Both the position numbers and the translations under genes were made by a program. DNA of 62,974 bases, the filler included, from Octopus bimaculoides (taxonomy: Eukaryota): assembly GCF_001194135.2 (NCBI RefSeq). It is 6 parts of 6 records of this genome, joined end to end, with 100 filler letters (N's around TTAATTAATTAA, not from the genome) between each part and the next. Parts side by side here need not be neighbours in the genome. Positions count along the whole stretch, not along the records: positions 14,539 to 33,682 come from NC_068985.1; positions 33,783 to 46,088 come from NW_026320157.1; 4 more parts are not named here. One strand, 5' to 3'. The notes beneath the pieces are model-generated. The model saw only the letters and a list, made by a program, of their open reading frames with translations, was not told where the DNA came from and ran no database searches. Below, one piece after another: positions 19,559 through 34,698 of this stretch (position 1 is its first letter; every line of letters starts with the position of its first letter).

Positions 19559-21588
19559 AAAAAATAAAAGGTCTCAAGTTACAGTAAGTGTCTGGTTCGA
19601 TGTAGTTTTTTCTCGTTACACTTCTGTATTTTAATAAAAAAGGACATTATTGAAAAATAATATAACGATAATCTCAATTTCACAACTAAACACAGAAAGA
19701 TGTATGCAGCATGATAATTGCTGCAATACAATAGTTAATTATACTCGGAAAACGTACAATTAACAACTACTTCGAAATGAAGGTATTTTTTAACGTTGAA
19801 AAGCAACGTCCAGTGACTCAAAGTAGGTACGGCATTTAGTCGGGGATCGCTAAAATTAATATAATATAAGAAATACGACACAATACAGTCTAGAGTGAAT
19901 ACAGTCGTCAACAGTGAATGCTAGAACAATGCTTAGTGTTTTCCTATAAGAATCTTTACTCTCTATTGTTTTAAAGTTTCAGTCGCTCAGTGAGATTAGA
20001 TTCCTGCAACGGCACTTTTTGCGGTTATATGTGAGCAGACCAATAATTTTTCAACTCCCCCAAATAAAGCCGTCATCATATATGGAATACATTTGTCATA
20101 AAATCAATACGGACACCTCAGACAGTGTAAAATGAAAAGAATAAATATGCATGTAAGTATTGTGTGGGAAGGGAAAAATGAAGCCATGAATTCAATAAAC
20201 ACGTTCTATAAAAATATCGACAAATGTGTCAAAGCAGACATTTACAACACGGTCACCGATATTATTCACAGTTCAATCAATACCCAGAACAAATATTTTC
20301 GAACAGTTCATGTTTACAGTTAGTTTTAAATTATAGAGAATACCCCACTTCTTACTTAATCAAAACGGCTTGCATGATTGTATCACTTTGGTGATTCACA
20401 TCTTTTTCTTTTGGTTACATATTCCACAGCATATTTACTTTTCTGGTTTGTGTTATTGACAACATCTTAAACATGGCGCACATGCTATTTGAAGATGAGG
20501 TTAAGGAGTATTTCTTCCGCTGTATTTCTAGGTTTTCAATATTCCATTTCAGACTTAGCAATCGGTTATCACGAAAACACCTATCTTTGTTTACAAAGCA
20601 AAAGGTTATTCTTTAACGTATAACAATCTGAAATACATTAAAAGTAGAATAAATCTACCCTCAAAAAAATTGATTAAAGTTACCATTTTCATTACTAGTC
20701 TACGCGCAGTAATACTACAAAAGCCATGATGACCTCAATAACCAACCATCTTAAAAGCAGCAGAGTAAAAATGAAAACATATTCTGTAACATCATGAAAA
20801 CTAGGAGTTAGTAACAATAAAAACAACACCATTGTAATCAAATAAACCACATCAGATATACAACTAGTATCAACGACATGAAACATTTCACTTTTCCCAT
20901 AAAAAAAGCAAATATGTCCTCTACATTCAGTTTTTTATGGCTACTTCGCAGACAATAAACGTTGGTAGAACAGCTTACCAGTATCACAATAGAGCAGGTA
21001 AATGTAAATATACACACACCACATACGCTATCGCAAAACATTCCCCCATATACATGTATGCATATGTGTATATATAAATAGTATATATAAATAGTATATA
21101 TAAATAGTATATATAAATAGTATATATATATNNNNNNNNNNNNNNNNNNNNNNNNNNNNNNNNNNNNNNNNNNNNNNNNNNNNNNNNNNNNNNNNNNNNN
21201 NNNNNNNNNNNNNNNNNNNNNNNNNNNNNNNNNNNNNNNNNNNNNNNNNNNNNNNNNNNNNNNNNNNNNNNNNNNNNNNNNNNNNNNNNNNNNNNNNNNN
21301 NNNNNNNNNNNNNNNNNNNNNNNNNNNNNNNNNNNNNNNNNNNNNNNNNNNNNNNNNNNNNNNNNNNNNNNNNNNNNNNNNNNNNNNNNNNNNNNNNNNN
21401 NNNNNNNNNNNNNNNNNNNNNNNNNNNNNNNNNNNNNNNNNNNNNNNNNNNNNNNNNNNNNNNNNNNNNNNNNNNNNNNNNNNNNNNNNNNNNNNNNNNN
21501 NNNNNNNNNNNNNNNNNTATATATATATATATATATTGATAAGTATATATATATATATCTTATGTCTGGGTGTGTGAGTGGGATTTTC

Positions 21589-21626
<38 letters not shown>

Positions 21627-24600
21627 AATATAGGATATAGGTCTAAATACATTCACACATGCATATATACACACATTCATACAACCTACATAATTTATGT
21701 ATTTTTCACAGCTGCTACATCATATGTAAATGTATTCGAATAATAGTTTTTCACAATTTTATATATTTCTGATCTGAAAATATTTCTCGATTTATAGTTA
21801 TTTAGTTGCAAGCGCTCTGTTTCTCAGAGCAAATATGTACGCATATCCAGGTTAGAGAGAATTTTACACGACTGTATGTCAAGATATAAAATGTTAAATT
21901 ATAATGAAAATATACAAAAAACAAAAAAAAACACAAAAATAATACTTGTCGGAGGAACCTTTGTGTTTAGCTATGATATAACTGTCATTTATATGAGTGT
22001 CACGTCATACAACGTATAATGCTGTCCAATGAAAAAAAAAAAGAAACTTATATTAGACATGTAAAGTAGTACTCTACCGTATGTTAGTGTGTATTTTCAG
22101 GAAGAACGTCTACCTGAAATATATTCATTCTTCTCAGACGATAGATTTTATATAGATATTCCCAAAGCAATAAATACACTAATATTTATTATTATCATGA
22201 ATATATTTTTTCAGTAGACATAGGTTTATTATGTTATTTTACTGCGTAACCGAGCGCAGCACCGCACGCCTTGTGTAGGGACACAGTTTTCTTTTGTTTG
22301 TAGTTTCTATTATATAGTCTGTATGTGCGACGTAAAATATGGAAGTCGGCAAATTAGTAACATCTAAAGCGACACATAACATATTGTGTCGTACTGACGT
22401 AGGATTGGTTTCTGCTATCTGAACTCTGAGTTCAAATCCGACCGACAGTAAACATGGTTTTTATTAATATAGGGCCAGTGAATTACGATGGCCAACATCA
22501 CCATTCTTCCTTTCTCTTTTCCTCTACTTTTCTCTCGCTTCCTTTTTCTATTTAGCTTCTACTTATAACATCTTTGTCTTACGTATCCGACTTGAGTCTT
22601 ACGTTATGGTTACAGTGTCTCTGGCATTCCCGGTTACATACACTTGACCCAGAGAGACAATTCAGTTTGTTAATCGAGTGATATTCACACATTCTACGCC
22701 ACTAGACTGTCCAGATGGTGTCGATGCAAACCAGCGTTTCCAGTGTATATATAAATAAATGAATAAATAAAACGAATGAAAATGTGATACTTTTCATGTA
22801 CTTTAGAATCATTTGTAGTTCGTAGGCTCATGTCTTCAAAGGAGTCGGTGATCGACAGAAGACAATAGACAAGAAGTTTATCTTTGAAATTAAGACATTC
22901 TCGTCATGCAGCGATGTCGTTGGGCTTTAGTATTGTCACCAATAGTAGTTTTGTTGTTGTGATGTTGTTTAATATTTAATGTGAAAACTTCCGGAATATT
23001 ATGTTTCAATAAAAAGGCCGCGAGATGGCGTAGACGATAGTATTTTGCGCTTAGTGGCATTTCGTCCGTTTTACGCTCTGTGTTTCAACTACACAGGTCA
23101 ACTGTGCATTTCATTCCTTCGATAGAATATGCCATAATTGTGCACTGGGGATGGATGAGATCGAGGTTCCTCGCCTTGTACCAAATTTGGAATCGATATT
23201 ATGCCTCATTAATAACGTGGCAAATATTTGAAGTTAACAAAAATATTTATATTTGATGCTTGCTGCTTTGACAATGATTTGAAAAAAAATACTGGTCCTA
23301 GTTTTTGCTGTTTCCTGCAACAGATTGCGTTTATCGGCGGAGGTATTCCACCAGTTTCATTGTATAAACCGTTGACGACCCTCATATAAACACAATATGT
23401 GTTCCAGTATAAATGTAGTTGTGTCATGTTACTTGCTATAGTACATGATGTAAACAAATATGTAATGACATGCATTAACAATACTCAGAATAGACACAAT
23501 TATGAAGATGGGATGACTTTGATTTCGATTAAAATTCGGGTAATAGGTATATTGTAATTCGGATAATAAGCAGATGTAAATTATTCATATAGATTTAGAA
23601 ATTCTCATTTACTAATACTTAGCTTGTCATATGCTACAAGGACGTATGCTGCAGATAACACCTTTTAGCATTAAGGTTTCAGTTATTGAGATTTAATAAT
23701 GAATAATAAATTAATTAAAAATGCAAATTTGGCAAGGAATACGGAATTAACGGCGGGACGTGTATCGATTTCGTGAAACCGTATAGAAGACTATCCCTTG
23801 GCTGTTAATTCGATTATGACTTCTGTTAGCCAAATACTTGTTCCTAAATTTAGATGTATAATTGCACACCCATGAAGAAATTATTCAATTTAATACGTAA
23901 TATTCCCTTGAAAGGTTTTTGAGAAAACCAGTATATTGGAGAAACTTCGTTGTCATTTAATATCTTTAATGAGTAGACGGTAGTTACATGAATTTTATTT
24001 GTTCATTACGTACCTAAATACGAAAGAACTTGTCATTTGTACACCTCTGACTAAAGAGGGAGATTGGGAGTACATTCTGGTGAATGTAATGTTGTTTATG
24101 TGTGAATGAGTAATTTCCAATGGACCGACATACATGAATTAGTTGATTTGAAACTATTTATTATTTCATATTTAATGTTGTTTTCTCAGGCATCGTAATT
24201 TACTTTTGACCTGAAATGCACTCTTCCCGCGTGTATGTTTAGTCTTCTAATAAAATACATTAAAATATTGTTCTCTCACTGAAGATGTTATAGTAAATCT
24301 CCATCTATCGTAAAAAGTTAGTTCTTTGCAGATACGTCCGGAGAAGATACAGGAGCATTGAGATGTTTCCAGTTATTTTAAATATTCAAGCCAATATTTC
24401 AGTCACATTAAATGTCTTTTTTTTTTGTAAATACCATAGATAGTTGATTATCAGCAAGGAAATGCACTGTGCCGGCCTCAACATTTTGATGTCGGACAGA
24501 ATACCTCTTATAATTTGTTCTGGTCCTCTATGTTCTAATTTCTAAGCCGTTTTTCAGCCTGGAATCGATAAAGCAATGCGCCTGTAAAATTTGTTGATCA

Positions 24601-27436
24601 GTGCAAAATGAGACTCCTTCATCTATCATACGAGGGAACAGCTTGTACAACCAAAATATCAGCCCTAAGGTGATACATCGCTTGGCGTACACGGATGTCA
24701 CCTCGATATTATTGACAATGCATCCCCCAAATATCTCATGGATCCCACATATGTGCACACATTCTCAGATTTTCTTTCTTTCTTTCTTTCTGTCTTTCTG
24801 CCTTACTTACTTTATAGGTGGACACCATTCAAAGACAAGTTGCAAAAGTACATCATGATAGTCTCAGGAAAACCACAATCAGCGAATTGACCTCGATTTT
24901 CGATATCTAACTGAATGTTTGATACTTTTTATCTAAACATAAAATATAAGTATTTTCCAAAAAAATTCCCTCGGTGTGAATATCGCTTTTTATAGTACGT
25001 AAACACTTTCTATAGCACGTTTCATAAGTTCTAAGATAGTATGTATTAATAAATAAACGTGTCTCTAAGCTTTTTTTCATATGCATCTGTGTTTGGTTCG
25101 ACGTATTCTAGGCATATAATACAAGATGAATAACTTTTATCTGTATTAAAAAGAAGTTTGTAAAGTAGCGACACAATATATACGATAATATGTGAAAATA
25201 AAGGAGCAACTCAGAATGACGAAACTTACGTAATACATAATTGTAAATATTTACCATCGTATTTATCATTTATATGGTGTTCGAGATATAATGACATGGC
25301 ATTATGTGAAGTTCAAACACGCATGATTCGAAGGCAAAATTCTATTAGCGTTAACAAGTTACATGGTTACACAAATTAAAATATTGTGAAATAAATGAAA
25401 ATACAATAGTGAAAATATGTTGTTCTTAGCGCAGAGTTTATTTTCAAGTTGTTAGAATTGTTAGAGTTACATTGATCTGCTTCAAATTTTAGAGGATTTG
25501 AGGATGGGCCTGTGAGATGTAATAGAATAGTTGTAGGTATTTATGTGCTCTGAATATATGTGTTTCCGTTCATATTCACGCACAAATCTTACCATCTCAT
25601 ATCAAGAAAAGACGTAGAAATTACTGCAAACAAACGAGAGAATAAATTTGTGGAGGTAAATATTTTCCAGATATTGTCTGTTACATCTCATACGTATATA
25701 TCGCTTTGTAATATAGAAGATATTCCAGTCATTGTCATTCCTCTTATTTCGTATTTTATTTTTTCATTCATTTCCCAGTATGACATGAGTGGGTATCTTT
25801 CCTATGTGTAAACGACATACATTTAGTATCAAAGTTAATTACAATTGTACAATATCATTAAATATATATTACGCATTAAAGTAATGACGCGAATGCCATG
25901 GAACTATTTATGTATATATTTATATTTTTATTGTTTCGCGTAGATAATATTCATTTTTGAAAACAAAATGTGTTTTTCTTAAGATTATTCGCCAAATAAA
26001 ATAAGGCTTCCTCGATATCTTGTATCTCCGACTTAACCGAGCATTATAAAATGTTCGTGGGAATAAATTGTGATTCAAATACGAATTACGCATAGATCAT
26101 AACTCTTATTGAAGAGCAAGGTGACACTCATAAGCAAATGTCTCCTAAAATTGCGTTCTCCTTGCTCAAGTAATACAAAAGCTGACACATCAAAAGCTTT
26201 CACTGAGAGTGTGTGGTGGCTTTTGTTCACAGACTATTACTTTAAACACATTTCAGGCAAATAGATTGATAATCAATTTTAGAGATTTATAATCAATATC
26301 AAATAATTAAAAGTAATTTTTAAATTAGAATCACCAAAAATTTTAAATTACCATGTATGGAGTAATGAATAATGTGTTTGGGGATTTCAATTGACGATGA
26401 AACTTATAACTGCTATTTTGATGTTGCTATGGGCGCAGGCAAAGATGCTTAACAGAAGATGTCTTTAACGATACAAATATTGAGAATATATATAACAAGA
26501 AACAATTTTATTTAGCTCTAAACAAAAAAATATTTAAAAGGCAACTTTATTAAAAAACATCAATGTTTAGAGGCTTCTAATGTAAACTAGATTTAGTCAA
26601 TGAAAATTGGATGGGAAGAATTACATTTTTAGATTAAATTGGAACGATACGAACGCTACTGCTGTTGCAACACTTAAGATGCGCTTTCAGTTACGCATAC
26701 CGAGATTTTCTACAGTACGGCAAACTTCCACTACACCAGTCAATTGTCTATTCACTATTTCTATACACCGAAGCACGTATTTCATTTCACCGGGTGGAAG
26801 TCTTCTAAACGGTGTGTCTATATTTCACCAGAATCATTAAAGCGACAGCGTTCATAGCAATCAGATATTTATTTCGATTTTATTTAATAGAAGTTCATGA
26901 AGTGATTTTATCTCAGACAATTCCACAGCATCGTGCCTTTTAACGGTTTGTATACATTCAGGCTAAAACACAGATGGTGATTTTAAATTAATGTTGCTTT
27001 AATTTCTTCTATCGTAGATTAAATAATTTCTAACGTTAATTTCACACTTGAACAAATATTTCATTATGTAGAGGCCAATATTCAACTTATGCTCAACAAT
27101 CGAAAAGGAGACACAAAGAGTGGGAAGTAAAACGCGGGTGCGATGTGGGCGAAAAATCGAACAAAATAATCGAAATATGCGTAATTAGTTTTCGACACGA
27201 ATACATTTGGGAAAATGAAATAGTATCAATCTATTATTAGTCGCGTCTAAATTAACAACAAATTGTTTATATTTCAAAAATTACTTTGGCGCACTTATAA
27301 TAAGATTAATGCTTGCTTGGTCCTTTTTCATATCAAATTTGTTGATTCAAGAAATATAGGTCTTTGAAAATTTAATCATTTATTAAAATTGCAGTGTCAC
27401 TGAAATGTATAGGGGTGTGTTATGCGCAAGTATATG

Positions 27437-27508
<72 letters not shown>

Positions 27509-29241
27509 TTCACTATATTTCCCCTCGTTCTGGTCTAACGACCTTCCACCCTTCCACGTTTCTTTTCCTTCGGTTTCCATGTATGTCTCCACTGTCCTGC
27601 TTTTGCTCTCAACTTCGACCTTCTAAAACATCCCAAATTTATTTTGGAAGTTACAGGAGCAACTGTCATTCAAGACGGATATTGTTGAATGATCGAAATG
27701 AAGAGTGGACACATATCCGACAATTGATAAAGGGTCATTTTTTGTGTTACTTGTCCTGTCTTTTTCACTCGTTTGCGTATTTCACTCATTTGTTTTTCGA
27801 ATTTCATGTTCGTTATTGTTAGTGACGTCCTGTACCCATATATGCACAATTATATGTATATAAATCCAAAACACAGAACAAGAATGTAACGAATGACAAT
27901 GAAAATATACGAACAGATGGATGATACAATGACGGACAGGAAGGGCTGGACGGAACAGTCGTGGCTTTCTATTTGCCAGTCAAGCCTCCAATTATCACCA
28001 CAATTTCGGCCTGTTACACTTGAGATTATGCAAAGGGTATTACATCTGAATAAATCACTGTCTGGTCAACTATTCAATCAACAACACTCGTCCTATTACT
28101 TTTAGAGACAATAATGATTTCATCATAGGCTTGCCATCTCTACTCCAGGTTTGTTTGCCTTAGTAGCAATTCTCTGCACCACTGTTTCCCGCCACATATA
28201 CAATAAAAACTAAAATCGCACAATATATTGTAGATACATGTTCAAAGATTTCGTATCCTAATTCGCAAAGTTCTGAGTCTCAGGGTTAAAAGGAAACAAA
28301 GATGCATACACTTTTCTACACGTTTAATGCTTAATGTAATGTTTAATTTCATGTTAAACAAATATATTTTTGGGACAAACAAATCACATGAAATGTATCC
28401 TAAATATCGAAAAGTATAGTTGTGAATGAAAATTGTGCGCACTGTGGCATTATACATCATTAATATATTTTCAAAAACATATAATTACCAGCAGCTCTGA
28501 ACGTTACAAAATTGTAAAAATTACGCTAGGCTTATATCTATGAATGTTCGGAATTATATTTTGAATCACAGAGCTTACTGACCTTGATAGATTATCAAAT
28601 TACCCTCTGTGTGAAAATACGTTGTGGAGAGACAGTAAATATAGAAGCAGTATTATAAAAGTGACTGTTGCATATTTTTGAAGGATATCTCTTTTTATGA
28701 CGACATTCTTAATATAAAATCATAAAGCAAATATTCACGTGTTACATTGTAATAAAGCTTAAAGAATTTTATATGGAATGCCTGAACAACGGCACTAACA
28801 TAATACATCTTCAGGACCTAGCAATTATATATTAATTACAGGCGGTAGATTCAACTGGCAATGAAGACCTCATAGATTACGATGACTACATAATTCCACG
28901 TCAATACATCATTGCAATTTGAACGAAATTTATTGAAAGCAATTGCTGTATCATTGTCTCAATGATTATACAATTTCTCATCTGTCAAATTCTAATAATC
29001 CACCCGACAATTAAATCTTCGAAGCAAAATTAAAATGTCCAAGGAAATAAATTGTTTTCTTCAGTAATAATACATGTTAATTATGGTTATTCATATAAAC
29101 GATTTTAATAATATAGAGAACACACGCTAAAACTGTCAAATATGTGCACATTTACGGACGCCCTCCCAAACTACGATACATGCGTACACATATATAAAAA
29201 TATCCACGTATGCGTATGTGTACGTGTAGGTGTATCTGTAA

Positions 29242-29284
<43 letters not shown>

Positions 29285-29739
29285 CACGCACACACATACG
29301 TATATACATACACACATCTCAGCGTGTTTGTGTCTACGTATGGCCATCTAATGTGTTGAAGGCCTGAATACTTTATGTAATGTAATCTATTATATGTATG
29401 TAATTAATTAATACAATGAAATAAAGTAGCCAGTAAATCTTAAAATGTTAATAAAGACAAAATAGAGTTATTAGGATTCTATATAGCAAGAGTTGCCTTG
29501 CCGTTTTCAATTAACTAATTGATAATCATACCGTTATTAAGATAAATCATTTACATATGATCAAGTTGATTTCCAGAAAACCACGCTACCGATTTGGCTA
29601 CCATTACACTCGCATCACGATTTGTTAACATAGTTTTCTTTTAAAGGAACCAGGAGTATCATAAATGGTGAATAATATTTTTCAGCGTGTTTCGGTATGG
29701 TAGACCTTCAAGGCATCAAAATTTATTTTGTAAATATTG

Positions 29740-29950
29740 ATTTCAAACTTTGGCCCAAGACCAGAAATTTCCGGAGAGGTAATAAATCGATTACATGGAA
29801 CCCAGTACCTATTCTGGTACCTATTCTGTTGATTCTGCAAGGGTGAAACGTAAAGCCAACATTAGTAGAATTTGAATTCAGAACACAAAGCAAGATGAAA
29901 TGTCGTTAAGCGTTTTGTTAGATATGCGACATATTCTGGCACTTAGCCGC
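29740..29950 (-). mobile_element. Degenerate SINE family B copy
   Basis: TCGATTACAT..AACCCAGTAC...GAATTTGAATTCAGAAC...CGTTAAGCGTTTTG. Confidence 0.6.
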
Positions 29951-32900
29951 TTTTGATAGCTTAAAACTTGCTTTCAAATTTTGACATAAGACCAGCAATA
30001 TTGGATGAGGCGTTAATTCTATTATATCAAGCCCACTGCTTAAATAAGACGTATTCTATCGGCATTATTTACATTAATTTCATTATTTACATTTGACGGA
30101 CATTTGTCCTCATCTTGTTTGTTGTTAACACAACGTTTCAATAATTCCGCTGTAAATGTTTCTTCTTTTGCGGTTATATCGAGTAAATTTATGTATATAT
30201 TTTATGTATATGGAGAACAGCTGTTCTGTAATACAAACTCCGATAAATACAAGGTTGTCTTCCAGTTTTACCTGTTCCACTCTTTTATTTCATACCTTTT
30301 ACTTTTCATTACTTTTATCAGTTGCAAAATGTTAGTTCAAAATAATAAAATAACTAAATTGATATTCGACATTTCCCACTAAACATATTTTCATGTTCAA
30401 CAATTGAATACACTTGACGTCCGATGTTTCCAATGCATATATTTATGAGTGCGAGTGTGTGTGTTTGTGCGTGTATATNNNNNNNNNNNNNNNNNNNNNN
30501 NNNNNNNNNNNNNNNNNNNNNNNNNNNNNNNNNNNNNNNNNNNNNNNNNNNNNNNNNNNNNNNNNNNNNNNNNNNNNNNNNNNNNNNNNNNNNNNNNNNN
30601 NNNNNNNNNNNNNNNNNNNNNNNNNNNNNNNNNNNNNNTATATATGTATATATATGTATATTTTGGATATATAAGAGTTAATATAATTTAAAGTAAACTA
30701 TTATAATGTTTCACCAAAATAGTTACCATGATGTAACCTATAAAATACTGCGTTAAAACGATATGAAAGAAATAGTCTCGTATTTAAAAAACAAATCAGC
30801 TCAAAGATGAGAAAATAATATTCATTTGAAATATTTTATAACTGGAATATTTATTATAACATAAAAACTTAACTCATAGATCATGATATATTTAATGCCT
30901 CCGCCATATTAAGGTTTCTACTTCAAAATATTATACTGAGTTGATGATGTAACAATGCTATGAAATATATGAATCATTAAAGCAATGAATGTCATAAAGT
31001 AAAAACATATATTTAATGCAGCTGTTTAGATATTATTTTTTTTTATGGGAAGTTGTGTTGAGGTATATTTCTCAAAGACAACAAACTTTGATTAATTTCT
31101 TTCGAAAATTGTTTGATATTGTCTAGACACAACAGCTTAGATGTACAAAATTAATCTTAGCTGTAACTATATATAATATGACACGGATATTTTCTGTAGA
31201 TAATTGCAGGAATTACAATTTCGCATGAAGCCGCAAAATCAATATTAGAGATTAGTCTACGCGTCATACAATTCGTATTAACCATTTGCATTTAAGCATA
31301 CATATATCAAATATTATTAGAATTATTTGTCGGTGTTGTCTCACGATATTAGAACAGATACGGTTAGTTTTAAATGTTTGAATTCTGTTTAACAGAATTG
31401 AAATCATAGCAATATGTCAAAAGAGATCAAATTTTAGCGTAAATTAGCAATGCAAGCACTAAATATTTCCTTCATTTTCTTTTAACAGTTTTTAAGAATT
31501 TATCATTTATCTCATTTGGAAGAGAGATGCCGTTTTCGGTAGTGTGTGTGTGTTTCTCTTTGCCTATTACCTTTCATAAGCACATAGTTTTCTTATCATT
31601 TTCAGAAAATTATATTTTAATTATGTAGCATAAAGATGCCTTTATAGGAGTAAGAAAATGATTCATTTAAACATACAATTCAAAATATACAGTAACTGAC
31701 TTTTATTTTCAAAATGTTTCAGTCATATCAGAAGTATCTGATTGATGATTAATCCTAAGAATATGGGGATATTGTGAGAGTTGTGTGCCAATTAAATCAT
31801 AATATATTCAGTTCCATTTGCATTTGATAATAAATTAGATTTATTTATTGTTTGGTTGCTCGTAGATATGTGCTCCAATAGTTTATTGGTTAAGTTTACT
31901 AAATTTAGCATCCGAATACGGGGATTTAGTTTTCATTTAGACGATATCATTTTGATTATCTCATTCATCCCCATTTATGAATATATTTTTTTATTTACGT
32001 TTTTGCCCGTTACTTCTTTTCTTCAGTCACCTGGATATTATTTTGTCTTGCTTTCAGAAATCCAAATTTGAAAAAGGTTTATGCCGTATTTCCTTTCGAC
32101 AACTATTTATTTATTTTCTTCTAGTCTTTCGTCTATTGTTTTAAGGTTGGACATAATTTTGCAGAAAACTTTTGCTCAGTTGAATGAATCGTTAGTAGAG
32201 TGCATGTCGCTGGTATATAATTCGATGCAGGTGTGTGTGTTAGTGTGTGTGTCTGTGTGTGCGCGTATCTAAGAAGGATTTTATACAAGCATATTGGTAC
32301 TTATATAAAAAGGATTCAATTTCGTCCTTCCTCTACCTGCGCATTGCATCAATAATGCAGTTTGATATTCAAATCTTTTGATTAAATTGTTTTTGAGCAT
32401 TCATCTTATTTACTTCTCAGAGATAACAGGGAATATTTTGTTTGCCTTTTTTCTCTATGAAATTTATTTAAACAAAAATATTTCAGTACTGAATAATAAG
32501 CCCGAAACTACAAACTCATATTGACAAAACTCTCGACGGGATGTCAATTCCGGTCGAGGCTATTAACGTTGCAAAGGTTAATACGTGCATCTTCGAAGTC
32601 GTTCAGAGATATCGTAGCTACGAAATATGTGTGATAAGTTAAAAGATACCTGAACTGCTCTAAATTATATTGTACACATAAGAAAACTGTATTATTGAAA
32701 CATTGTTACATGGTTCCTTAGTATACTAATTTATGTACCATTTTGTATATATTCGTATTGCTTTAAGTATAACAGAGTATAGATAATATATGAGGATAAT
32801 TTTAAAAGTGAAAGTTTTCATCCTTAAACGAAATGACGTTTCAAAACTTGTAACATGAATATTTTATAATCTATTTTACCTTAGCTATAAAATTCAAAAA

Positions 32901-33332
32901 ATTAAGTCCCTGGATACTATTATCTCACGAACAAGAACTCATAAGCATTTTGTCAGGTGTCCCTGTTGTATCAGTAACAGTTCGTAATATTTCATCTTCA
33001 TTGGACACAAGTCTGGCAAAAGGTTTCGCATTATATGTGAGTGTACAAGTGGTACTCAAAATAAAATTGTCTTAGCAAGCACACAACACAGCGCAATGTT
33101 CGGAATCGACTCAAATTACTTTCAATTCTATGTGCAAGTCCCCACACCGAATAAAAAAAGAAATACGTCGTTACAAATATCAACAGCGTGGTGTGATCTG
33201 GTGAAATGTTCCATCAACATAACTTTGAGGTGGTAAAAATTTCATTTAAGTGAATTATCACATTCACAAGAATGAACATAAGGAGTGTACTTGTAGATTC
33301 AGGTCAAATATCACAGTTCAGGAAAATATACA

Positions 33333-33363
<31 letters not shown>

Positions 33364-34076
33364 ATATATATATATATATATATGCGAGTAAAAATAAATA
33401 CAAAAAAGGTGTTTTTTTTGTATGATTGTGTATAGAGGAATATATCATTTTGCTTAAAAGAGTTCCAACACTGTCTGTTTTTTATGTTTTATTTATATTC
33501 CTGCAGAACTAATGTGGGGTATAGAATAGGGAATATGCAATATATAATATGATATACAATATCCAATATAAAATAAAATAAAATAAAAATGGATGGCACC
33601 ATGAAAGAAAGTATTGAATGTAGATGAAATATTGAGTGTTCAATATAAAGGATCAAATATATAAATATATAAATATAAATATNNNNNNNNNNNNNNNNNN
33701 NNNNNNNNNNNNNNNNNNNNNNNNNNTTAATTAATTAANNNNNNNNNNNNNNNNNNNNNNNNNNNNNNNNNNNNNNNNNNNNCATATGTATATATATATA
33801 CATATGTATATATATATACATATGTATATATAGAGTGATATAGACAGCATGAGGCATGTCACCACTAGACTGAAACAGCTGTAAGTCATTATCCCATTTT
33901 CTGTCACCATATTTCATTTTTGAATTACTGATATGACATAATATGTCACATGTGTTTATATGTTGTTATCATTGTCCTTTTAGTAAACAAATAAACAAGT
34001 AAATTGACACAAAACAATGTCTGCAAGTTGATGAATACCACCTATTCCCCTCCATTTTCTTATTGCTATATATATA

Positions 34077-34698
34077 GGCACAGGAGTGGCTGTGTGGTAA
34101 GTAGCTTGCTTACCAACCACATGGTTCCGGGTTCAGTCCCACTGCGTAGCACTTTGGGCAAGTGTCTTCTACTATAGCCTCAAGTCGACCAAAGCCTTGT
34201 GAGTGGATTTGGTAGACGGAAACTGAAAGAAGCCCGTCGTATATATGTATATATATATATGTATGTTTGTGTATCTCTGTCCCTCCAACATTGCTTGACA
34301 ACCGATGCTGGTGTTTACATCCCCGTAACTTAGCAGTTCGGCAAAAGAGACAGATAGAATAAGTACTAGGCTTACAAAGAATAAATCATGGGGTCGATTT
34401 GCTTGACTAAATGCGGTGCTCCATCATGGCTGTGATCGAATGACTGAAACAAGTAAAAGAGTAACAGAGAGGGTAGAGTATATATATCTGTATGTATGTA
34501 TGTATATGTTTGTGTGTCTGTGTTAGTCTTACCAACATCGCTTCCCAACCAATGCTGGTGTTTTTATGTCCCCGTTACTTAGCGGTGCAGCAAAAAGGAC
34601 TGATACAATACGTACTAGGCTTAGAAGAATAAATCCTGGGGTTGATTTGCTTGACTAAAGGTGGTGTTCCAGCATGGCTGCTCTCAAATGACTGAAAC
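34077..34698 (+). mobile_element. Full-length SINE family A (34077-~34468) followed by a headless second tail copy (~34495-34698)
   Basis: tRNA-like head GGCACAGGAGTGGCTGTGTGGTAAG...GGTTCAGTCCC, internal TA/TG microsatellite, tail CTTGACAACCGATGCTGGTG...GACTAAA.GCGGTGCTCC...GACTGAAACAAGTAAAAGAG; many copies in the window. Confidence 0.88.

Noticed and set aside
20695-21060. Hydrophobic minus-strand stretches (signal- or TM-like) and a GTAAGC donor near 21040
   Set aside because: T-rich strands yield F/L/I/V runs by chance, and no compatible partner exon was found.
24528-24758. Minus-strand ORF with DEGVSFC resembling the Ig D-x-G-x-Y-x-C motif
   Set aside because: The Tyr is absent, and I found no acceptor or donor in suitable phase and no B-strand Cys/Trp context.
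27860-28046. Minus-strand open frame ending in a hydrophobic run (FLSVIVSSICSYIFIV...)
   Set aside because: Acceptor phase does not fit the phase-1 Ig architecture; no recognisable domain.
34077-34150. tRNA-like A/B-box sequences at SINE heads (also 10751, 57378, 58183, ~59490)
   Set aside because: They continue into SINE bodies and I cannot fold a full cloverleaf, so they are not tRNA genes.
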